DNA of 64,000 nucleotides, from assembly GCA_964035545.1 (NCBI GenBank), contig OZ037765.1, positions 4,722,698 through 4,786,697 on the forward strand, written 5' to 3'. The notes under the pieces were generated by a model that saw only the letters and a program-made list of their open reading frames with translations, was not told where the DNA came from and ran no database searches. This DNA comes from Bugula neritina (Eukaryota; Animalia; Bryozoa). The position numbers and the translations under genes were made by a program. This document shows, in pieces, positions 25,801-37,200 of the stretch. Numbering within the stretch: position 1 is the first letter of the stretch; each line of letters opens with the position of its first letter.

Positions 25801-28800
25801 CGGAAAGTTAAAGCCAAGTCTTCTTGATCACTAACAAAATAGCCATCAAGGAAACTTCCTTCAACTTCATACCACTCCTCGTATGGACAATTAGCTTCTC
25901 GTTCTGTTTCCCATATTAGCATAGATTGATCTCTGAGTTTGCAGTAGCCATCAGAGTATGAGTTGCAATGGGAAACGTCACCTGCGGTGCTTTCAAAAGA
26001 ACTTTTCCCAAATGTCTTGTATACCGAAGCTGAAATATAACTGCATTGTTTCACTTCAAAGTGATGCCACTTGCAGCACCAAACATAAGCTAATCCTGCA
26101 GCTTTGTTTTTTGTAGTGTATGCACCATCACTTCCAGATAGGGCACCTTCATTGCATCTCTTCTCTAGTACCATATTTTCGCATTCGCTGCGGCTAACTG
26201 GCAGTGACCGGTGATATTCCTTCTTAGTTTTCACGTCCGTAAAAAGTGATATCTGTGTGGAGATGGTGTACAGCATTTTAGTGCATTGATAGGCTGCTGT
26301 ACGCCATTCCACTACATTTTTTCTGTAAACCGTAGCCTTCACAGGGGTTGGCGCATGAGTACTATTGGGTCTTGGAGTCGGATCACATTGGAAGTCATGA
26401 TTCAATTGATGAATAGATGGTCGCCTCACTTCACTGGAACTACACACCAAAGGATACCTGGCATACTGCGGCTGTGCCTTCTGTGTAGTGTTAAAAACAG
26501 TCGTGTTAGACAATGCATTCACTACTGCTGTCAACACTAACACAGATAGTATGCTGGTGAGAGTCTGACTGGCCACAGCTGGCCCCAGGAGAGCTGTGCC
26601 TTTTACTGGTGCAGTGGCTGCGGCTACACTGATCAGCATACACATTGCCACTAGTGCCAACATGTAGGTTTGCATTGTTGACAAACCAGTCCCCCGTCCT
26701 CTGCTTCTTTTTCTTTTGGGTTTCCTGTCAGAGATGAATTCATTTGGAGAGGTTTGAATTGAATTCACTGATTCCTCAGCTATGTCCTCTTGAGGAGGCT
26801 GAGTCAGAAGGGCCTCGGCAAATTCATCACCCTCTAGGCTCTCAATAGCATTGATGTGTCGCGTCCCACTGTAATCTTTGGTTTTGCTCTGTTGACCAGA
26901 GCACTGATTACGTTGTGGTTGCTGGTGAGAGGGTGGTTGAGGTGGGCAGGAAGGAAGTTGTGCTGGTGGGTGAGGGTACCGGGGAGAAGATTGGTAGTAG
27001 GGTTGAGGCTTCCCCTGGTTGAAGTATCTACCTCGTCCTCTTCCTCGGTTTGTTGTTCCTCTCCATCCACCACCTCTACCTCTGTCATTTCTCATTCCAA
27101 ACCCTTGACTCTGTTGTTGGTGTTGTTGGTATTGGGGCTGCCGTTGCTCTTTAGCTTGGTTGTGCACTAAAGTTTTCAACCATTCTACCTCTTTTTCTAG
27201 CTTTTGAACTGAGTCAGATGAGTTTACCGTTGCCACTATTCTCTGGGTGTCATCTCCCATCTGATGTTCTACATTTTCTTGCTTAAGTGCAAGTTTCCTA
27301 GCACTTTCTACAGTTGTGGGGTTTTTAGAGAGGAGGTGCCTCTTCAATCCTGGTCGTAGACCAGTAATAAAAGCAGATACTAGCACGCTATCTTTATGTT
27401 CAAGGGAGAGGTCAGGCCATTGGGTGTTGGCAGCTTCCATAAATTCGCCATAATATTCTAGTACGCTTTTCTTCCCCATCTTTATGTTCCACACTAATTT
27501 GCTTGAGTCGACAAACTCTTTGCATAACCTCTCTCGAAGACTCTTGTAACTAATCGCTAGCGTGGGCTCCTTTGCAACTACTGCCTTGAAAACCTGATAG
27601 GCACCACCTTCCAGGGCATCTGGAAGGTTTTGTGCCATCTGATAATCACTAAGCTGCAGTTTTTTTATGTTCTTTTCCCATTTTTCAAGAAATAACTCCC
27701 AGCTGGAACCAGGAGTTCCTTTAAATTTGATGTTCTGTGGAGGCTCTCTCAGAATAATAGGTGAGTTGTGAAATTTTCCCGCATCAGCTACTCCAATGCT
27801 GTGTTCAGATGGTGTTTCAGCTAAGCTTTGGATTGGTGAGTTATGAGGTTTTGGTGATCGTTGATTAGCAATGTGGGGATAACTTGATGTGAATTCCAAG
27901 GTAGTATTTGTAGGTGTAGGTGCTGGTTGTTCATGAAGTTGTCTTCTACTTGTTTTTCGTGGCGTAACTGGTGGAGGTAGGCGAGTTCGAGGCGGCGGAG
28001 TTGGTTCCGGCATGACATTTGCATCATTGGTAGATCTTTGACCCAAGGTGAGATTCCGAAAATCTTCGAGTTGTTGTTGTAACTTTTGTTGCTGGATTGT
28101 GAGCCGATGCTCTCTTTCCAGGAACTCATTTTGCTGTTGTTCTTGAACAGCGCTCTGTTCCTCATAGAACTTTCTCCGTTGGATTTCAAAACTTTCCTCC
28201 ATCTCGTACCGTCTCCTTGCTTGCTCTTGTCTTTCTACCTCGAGGTGCTGAAACTGTTCCGCCAGTTCATGCTCCTTCGTTTGTTGATACTGTCGCCATT
28301 GTTCTTGCTCATATCTCCATACATCTTTTTGCTTTTCCTGCTCCTCTACAAGTTTCTTGTATTCTAACTCGTAGAACTTTGCAATTTCATGCGGGTTCAT
28401 TGGGAGTCGTCTTTCGGACAACTCAACCAATGCGTGAGCTCCTTCTCTTGTCGAATCTTGTGAGAGAGTAGGAGTGTCTAAGCCCGTGGCTACATTTGTG
28501 GCACTACCTGGTGTCGTAATAGTACTAACACTAGTGGTGACTGTAGTTGTGGCGGTGGTCACGGTTCCGGTACTCATATTGTTGGTGCGTGACTTATAAT
28601 TTCCGACTAATAAGTGAGTTCAGCAGTACTTGTTTGCAATGTTATTAATGTTTATACTTTGTGCTAATGTACAATTATGTGTCTATTTCTTACTCAAGGA
28701 TATGTGTGCATGTACTATCCTGTATATATGACAAGGTGTGGCTTGCAGTTAAATACTTTAAGTTAGTGGAAGTCTTTTATTATGACCTCTGTACACTACA

Positions 28801-31800
28801 AATTATTCAGTTATTTCTGCTATTCAAGCCTAGTCTAAAATCTAAATTTAGTCAACCACAGTAATTAATTAGTTTGATATTCGTACTATGTAGTAAGGCG
28901 GTTGTTGTACTTAGGTACTATAATACGTAATAGGACAATGCTTTGTACTATAATACACTGACTGCACTGCAGGTGTCGCAATACTTAGTACTGCAATGTA
29001 ATATTCGTATAATGTGTAAATATATAATATACAATTCAGTGATGCTCTGATTGGCAATGCACTGCAAAGTAAATTGTAGGTAATTATAAGAAATTATGTT
29101 TAGGACAAGACTATTAATTATAGTACTTGTCAGCGCCTATACCTCAGCAGACAGTCGTAGACTGAATCTGTTTGGAATTTATTAACTGCTAAATAAGGAG
29201 CGTGTTAACCTTATCTGCAGCTCACCCAATTATACAACTAAATTAGCCTATTAGCAAAGGGAGGTAATTCACTTCTACAATTAATTATCTCTAAGCTAAA
29301 AAAAATTAAAACTGGCTTGTTTTCACCTTTTAAGCAGCAGAGAAAAATTAAACATATAGGAATTCTCGCTCTATTACTATTAGTCTATGGATGTATATTG
29401 TTTTGGGGTAATATGTAAAAGTTGATCCTTTTTGGCTTCAATTAATATTTTCTCAGTGCGGCCTAGCACTTCTACGGTCTACCCACGAGCAAAATATGAG
29501 CTCAGCGAATATAAAACCTACAGGAAAATATTAGTGAACAGCCAAATGAGGCCTGATCAACACTATCTAAAGTATTAATATAATTTTATCCCCTGGCGCA
29601 CGGGGTGGTTAACCAAGTGTCAAGAGCTATTAATATAAAGCTGGACACAATATTTAACAAGGGCAACCTTGGGCAAAAGCCAGTGCCTCCTCCAAAATGT
29701 TATATTGAGTACTGGGGGTTTTCAACTACTAAGTACCTAATATAACACAGGGTATGCATACAATTAGAATATTCTACATGTGTATAACTACAACGCGTTG
29801 ATAGTTGGTATCACACTTACCGGTATTATTCTTCTCTTCAGTCACATCTGCTTACGACGGACTCTAGTGTACAAGAGATCTGGAATCCTGTACCAAAGCT
29901 GCCACGTTTAGACAGAAGGTTCTCTCATTGCTTACTTCTTGTAGCCAGAGCTCCGTCACTCAACATAAAAGGTAAGGGTACGAAAGTGATAAGTATCTTA
30001 TAGCTAAAGAGCAAAGTGCTATAATCCTTAGGCTAGAAGTCCTGTTGCGAAACATCATATATGTGGAAGTATACTTTTAGGGCTAATGTTGTACCATCTC
30101 CAATAATTAGTTGTATGTCCTGTATCATGGTGTATAACCTTGTAAGTGTGTGTCTATTTAATGTTACTGCTATTCTATATAGTAGGCATACACTATGTAT
30201 GGAAGAAAAGATATATTATAAATGGGGAAAAGATAGAATACATGGAAGTATTCAATACAAAACAATATTAAGCTCTAACTAAGGTTGCAGGGAAGCAGGA
30301 TGCTATATCTGTAGTATATTATATTGTAGTGGTATAGCATACAAAATGTCAAGTATGAAATAATACTTGAATACATCTATAGCAATGTTAATCTCAAAAG
30401 TTAATAATATTTCAAAGTTTAGTATAAAGTAGAAATAGAATTACTATTAGAAGTAAACTTTTAGTTCTATGTTCTAACGAATAAATATTTATATAATAAA
30501 TATAATAACTCATAAATCATAAGACCTAGTCATAAGTCATAAATGATAATGATAAATATAATCGTTATCAATTTATTCTTTACTCTTTAGGCTAAGCTTT
30601 AACTTTAAGTTTATTATATTATTCATTATTATTTTGATAATCATTATGATTATAGTTATAATTTACATTATCATTATCACTTTATGCATTGTCATTGTGA
30701 TTCAAGATTTAAATCACCATCATCAATTAATATGAATAATATTATGACGATTATCAGTATCACTATGTCTTATACTTATAGTAATAGTTATAATTTATAA
30801 ATAAAAATAAAATATAAGTTAAACTTGATATTATCGTGTTTTCAATACCATTTATTAATTATCAAAGAAAAAGTGAAATTCAATATCATCAACATGAACA
30901 CTACTAGTACTACTAGTAACTGTAAGAAGCATCGTAAAGTTAACCAGAAAAATAAAGTAACATATGATAATAATGTAACTATCACTATGACCAATAAATA
31001 TTATATTTTATTTTGTTACAATTATTAATATTACTAATAGTAATAGTATTGGTATGGCACTTCAACTCATAAAATCACTACTGGATACAATGATTGCTGT
31101 AAAATTAAATTTATTATGGTTATTAATATTAGTATTACTATAACACTAAATATTACATGACTAAGTATATGACTACTACTAGTACTAGGTATAAGTATTA
31201 TCGCTACACTATGAGGATGTATATCAAACTGCTGCTTTTAATATTAGTATTACTTATACTATTGGTAATAATAGTATTGGTATGATTTGCAGCATGGGTA
31301 TCCTGCATTATTTTTAGATATGGCATTTCCATTTTTAATGCATAATGCGTATAGTATCAGTATGTTTGCATTTTCACAGATGTTGAAGAGAGCACCAATC
31401 ATGTTCTTGGCCTAGTAGAATCTCTTGGGTAAGAATTTTTTTATAATCTTTTAATAATATTTTAAAATTTCATACTTTTTTTATTAATATTGTCATAACT
31501 TGTAAATAAAGATATTACTGGTAACATAAATACTGTTGTTAACCTATTTATTTCAAGCTCAAACCTTATTTAATTATTTATTTGCAGCCCTTCCCTGACA
31601 TCATTAGATACAGAAACTCGTGCAAGTGCTACACAATTATTGGCTGACGATATAAGCAATTCGAAAGGGTTGAGGCGGAACGACCTTGAACCATTAGCAG
31701 ATTTCTTCTGTGACAGAATCAAAGATCATCACTCTATTGTTCCACATGTTCTTACAGCATTCTCTACCCTGGTAACATAATGTTATAATTAGCATATCTT

Positions 31801-33100
31801 CATAGAAGGGCATAGAAAAGTAAACTGCCTTATAGAGTAAAAGACATGTCATATGACTTGGATTTTCACACAGACTGCTAGCGAAAACTTGGACTGTTTT
31901 TTCAATTTCTATATCTATTCAAAATACTGATTGGATACTATGGAAAGTTATTGTGGAAAATAATTGATAAACTAACTACTCAATTCTAAGCTACTCCATT
32001 TTTCTCATTCAAATTTCCTGTTCATATTTCTTTCATATGCATATTATCGAGAATGGTTAATTTAAATATTATATGCCAGTTTCTATGAAGCATGTAAAGC
32101 GGTACACTTTGCCATTCTTGCAACATAAGAGTAAAGTGGTGCTCTTTTCAGATTAATATACAATACAGTAGCCTAATATCTGTAGTTTCCTAAAATAGAC
32201 TGTAGTCATAATGTCTGTAGTGTTATTCTAGGCTGGTAGGTCTGATCTACCCGATGCTTCAGCAGTCTCCATCGTCCAGTCCATGTTTCAACATGGCGAG
32301 GTGCAAACTCTCAGTCAGCAACATCGAGCCTCTGCATTCCAGACTCTAGTGAATCTGTTTCATCTCAAGTTGGAAGGTAAACTGTCATTCTTAGTAACAA
32401 TACAGGTCTCTCTGTGTGTAGGATATTAGTGCAGTAGAATACGTTATCCTCTTGTAATAAAAGCAATTATTGGCCATTGTTGCTTTAGTTGTGTTACTTA
32501 TTTTGGTAAACTGTGATTATTAATGATACCTAGTTTTTTTGGTTAACTCTAGATGTTATATGCGTTCACTTGTATTAAAAAGTAGTTATATTTCCAATGC
32601 TGAATGCATGTATAAATAGTACAAGGATGTTGCTGTGTAGTTTATGAGATACTTTCTGTTTTCAGTGCTGGTCATGCTAAGAGAGTCGTTCACTCTTGGA
32701 TACACTCAAATGATTTTTCAGGAAACAAACCCTAGAAACCTCCTGACTATCTCTGGTCTTACAAGAATAGTTGTCAACAACTTTCCTATTGGTTAGTTTA
32801 TTTTTACCAATTTTCCTATTGATTAATTTACTATTGACCTGACCTGTTAAGTTTGAAATCAAAGTAAAAACTAATCAAATGTTGAAAACATTCAGGTGAC
32901 TATTTGAAAGAATTATTCTGGGTGACATCTCGTGGCTTTCCTATGGACTCCAGTGACTTTCATATGTACTCCATTCGGGTGAGTTTTCATATTTTAAACT
33001 GATGAAATTTTTACCTTTTATACATTTCATAATGTGTCATAGTAAATCACTGTTGTCTATTTTTTAAGCAGGGGGTGGGGTAGGAGGTTCCATATGCAAA

Positions 33101-33141
<41 letters not shown>

Positions 33142-34199
33142 CAAGTGTTGGTTAGATCAAACTTTTTTTGCTTTTGAAAATACAATTAAAATAGACGAAA
33201 GTATTATTTTGCAATGACAATGACTATGCAACAGTTGAATTATGTTTCTATAAAATAAAAATATGGTTAAAGATATAAATACTTTTTAATATATTTATAT
33301 TGGGTACACTCTCATAAAATAGAAGGATTATTCACAGCATGAATAAGGTCAACCTCCAACTAATTTTAAACAGAACCCCTCAAATAAAACAAAAACAAGT
33401 ATCAGCCAGAAGCTAAATTTGAAACTCATCTTAGAGGCTTATTAAAATTTTATTTAAAACTATTTTTCATCTTTTACGCCTCATAAGCAGCATACAGGTA
33501 ACATAGGGTAACATGCCTCCAGAATTACTCCTTCTGCTAGCTTTTGAAAGATTATATCAGTAGTATCCTAAAATATTGTTCTTGGGAGCATTTTGATTTT
33601 CAGCAATGGGTTTGTTGTGAATTAAGGATTTATGAAAGCATTTCCAAAGATGTGTGTCCAACTTTCAGTGGTTACACCTATTAACTTCTTAGGTAAACAT
33701 GGCAGGGCTAAGCTAGTAGGTTTGTCTTTTGTTACATGTTCTTTGTTGCCCAACACCCTTTCTACTTGGAATTTCAAGTCAAGGAGTGTTATTTAGTGGC
33801 TTGAAGCTATAATTTCTGGTTGCACCGGCTCTGGTAGCTGTTAATTTCGGGTTATGTCTAAGAAGCTTAGTGCAATAAGTTTGTAAACACTGTTATTTAT
33901 TTCTGAAGCCTAGAGTAAACGAAAGAGACCACAAATTGTTCTTTTGTATTTATTGACTAACCTTACGTAACAATTCACCTACTCTTGTAATAGAAAAGGC
34001 CACAGCTCTACCTCTGCCTAGCTGCTATTGCTCTAGCTTGGTCTAGTCTTAAACTAGTTAGTAGTTTATTAAAAAGCACATAGATCACCTTTAAAGCACG
34101 TTTGCTAAAAGTCCAAGGCTAAACTTTGAAGAGAATGACCTAATAGTTACACATCATATGACCTTCAGCATGCTTTATGCTCTAATAAAATATAAGTAT

Positions 34200-34242
<43 letters not shown>

Positions 34243-37200
34243 TTCTGTTCTATGTTATAATGTCATGCAGCCTCCAAAAGCCTCTCTCCTGGTTTTACGG
34301 CAGCAGTTAATAGAGCAACAAAGAGCCACACTATCATCTACCCACATGTTCTCTCAATACTGCCTGAGTATGATCACCCGCACTATGGCAATAAAATGCC
34401 ATACAGACAAACAAAACTTGCTGCAGACGCTGGTGAGTTCTTGTCCTTCCTGTCTACTCACTTGGGACTCTCTTGTTAGAGCATCAGTTTTAAACTTTTG
34501 TAAATCACTAGTTCAATAGACAGTCAATTCAATCTCAATCCATTTGTTGTATATAATGTATCACTCTGTGAGAAAATTGATATAAAAGTTTGTAACGTTG
34601 GTAAATATGAAGTTTTATCAAAGTTTTCCTAACATTTATTTGTGTCATGCTATGATAACTCCTTGCTGGGCAGTTTTCTTTCTACATTACTTGAAGTTCA
34701 ATATAATGGGATGTATCCATGTCTGTTGATGTGATTTCATGCAGATAGACTGCTGTAAAGTATACAAGGCTGAACACTTTAGACCTTTTACCTCCCGTCT
34801 GTCACAGCAATTGGTAAGGGAAGCAGCAGGTGGGATAATTAGAACTCAGGAGCTGGCACTAAAGGCTATCTCTGTCATCTGCAGCTGTTTAGCTCAACCG
34901 GTAGGTAATCATAAACATGTTTTTATGATTTAATTTTGTCATCCAGTAATAAAAGTTTTATCTATATATATATTATGCAGTCTGCCATTGTCAACTTTTC
35001 TAAGACTTGACACTTCTCAAATTATGTTCTCAACTTGGTGGATGATTCTAATTGGGAAGTTGCAGCAACATATGTAGTTAGTTGTAAGCATGTTATTGCT
35101 GAATTCTGAGCCCTGTTTTAGCAACCCAAAATACTAAGTGGAATAATATTAACTAATCTTTTGACTTTGTGTCTTTGTTACAGTTTTGAAATTTATGGAA
35201 TAGAGCTACAAGATAAGTTGTTTCTTAAAAGAAAAGTTGCCTTTGAAACGAAATTCTATTTGATTTACTGTTCACAAGAATGTGAACAGTAAATGTTGAA
35301 CTGGTTCACATTCTATTCATTTGGACACTAATTTATTGAGGCTGCTTTTTGTTGAATAGTAAAAGGGTGTGTTGGTATTATATTATCTTATATGTTACAG
35401 ATTGATGGAGTCACTGTGTACACAGATGTTGATCACTTCTGTACATATGCTGTCAAAGGTTTGTCTCTCAATAAACTATTTGTTGTGACCAACTACTTTT
35501 AATTATTATAATTGCCTTGCATGACGAATAGTGTTGTAACAGTAAAAGCTTGTAAAAACTATTTTTGCTTTCCCTACTCAGGAATTATTTTTCAACATTT
35601 GGTTGTATGACTTTGCACTTGAGATAAATGAGCAATCCACCATTACAGATGTTTTGCCACAACACCACTTGTACCTAGCCCTTTCTTTACCACCTAGCAC
35701 CTTTCATGGTTAGAATATTTGAACTATATACTGCTTACTGACAATCCATACATGAATAGTGCCTAGTGTGACGCCACTGCCCTTCCAAGCTATTGCTACT
35801 TTTATATGCTTGATGGGTTGAGATGGTATTTACAACTTATTCAGCTGTTTTAGCATTACTTTAACACAGCAATAAGGTTGCTACCATATCTCTACCATTA
35901 TGGCAGTCATGTATATATAGCTGAGTACATATGTACTAACTTTCTGTAGAATGCATATGCCAGTTCCGACAGTTTGCAAATCACAACGTGGACAAGGTCA
36001 GGTCAAGTGTTCGAGTATTGCAAACATTACTCTCGACCAATCAGCATGCAGCTAACTTAGTTCTGGCTGATGTAATGCCAGTAATACTAGAAACACTGAA
36101 TACTGGACAGCAGGTAACTGTATAACTAGCTTCACTTAGGCTATACATATCTATAAACCTATTGTAGACTGGCCACATGTAGAGCATGTAATAGAACTAA
36201 TAACAATTACCTTGAAACTCTAGTGCACATAAGTTGAATGGCAATAAACACTGGCATTTACTCCTGCCACCCTAACAGGACAAAACAGAAGATAAGTGAG
36301 AAAAAACCCTGGTAGTTACTGTATTTAAGAAGATGTGGTAACAACCTGTTAGCTGAGTATGTTTGTCAACATCTGGTTAGTGTTCTCAAAGGTTGGCTTG
36401 GCTGGGAATGTTGTGCCATCTGGATAGACAATGGGATAAGGCATGCTTACTTTGTTTACAAGACTTGAGATTAGTTTTCCTCTGATGGACTACTACCTAT
36501 TCAATAGGCAATCCCGGGCTTTCCATGAATCGATCTGAGAAATGTGCTCAAATCGTTTTTCCATGAGAGTGTCAGATCGATCTCCGAAGTTACCTCCTCT
36601 TAAGTGAAAGATCCTTTAACAGTATAATTTGCCGACCCATCTGACTGATTAAAGCTACTGCTGTCAAAAAACAAGATTGTTGCAGTCTAAAAATTAACAC
36701 CACCTATAAACTATACGTGGAGTAAATTGACCAATTTATGATAATCAATTTTAATTTTTTAGCTTTACAGCGTATATAAAATTAATAACTGTCTTGCAGA
36801 TTATTCATAAACTTACAGGATTGTTAGGCTTGAAATTACGAAGCAAATAGCTAATGAAAGTAAGTTTTACTAGTCGTTTAAATTCAATTTAAATGCTCCC
36901 ATTTTTTGTACCTTCTACTGCCTATAATTTTATATAATTGAGTTTTCTTAATCAGTAGTACTGAAAGTCAAAGTTTTGGCATCTGAAAATGTGGCTATTG
37001 TAATTATTTAGTACTTTGCTTAGTAATTAACAATAAGTTATCATTTTTATTAGCAGACGACATTTTAGCGAACAGTCTTTTTCTACTTCTCAGATCGATC
37101 TTTCGTTTTTCCATGGTCTTATTGCCTTGAGATCGATCTGAGTTCGAGCTCTACAGACCGACCAGCTCAGAACGACTGAGATCGATCTTTGGCATCTTTC

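Larger units (their letters stand above)
23051..30384 (-). mobile_element. Complete pol-less LTR retroelement (7334 bp) encoding a Gag-Env fusion ORF
   Basis: Two 687-bp LTRs with TG...CA ends, ATGT TSD (23047-23050, 30385-30388), PBS-like site and PPT; flanks rejoin to the homolog of MMS19 intron 1. Confidence 0.95.

Noticed and set aside
24730-28471. Short antisense and alternate-frame ORFs within the Gag-Env ORF, including a possible hidden pol
   Set aside because: No D(S/T)G protease, YxDD or DDE motifs; they are shadows of the long ORF.
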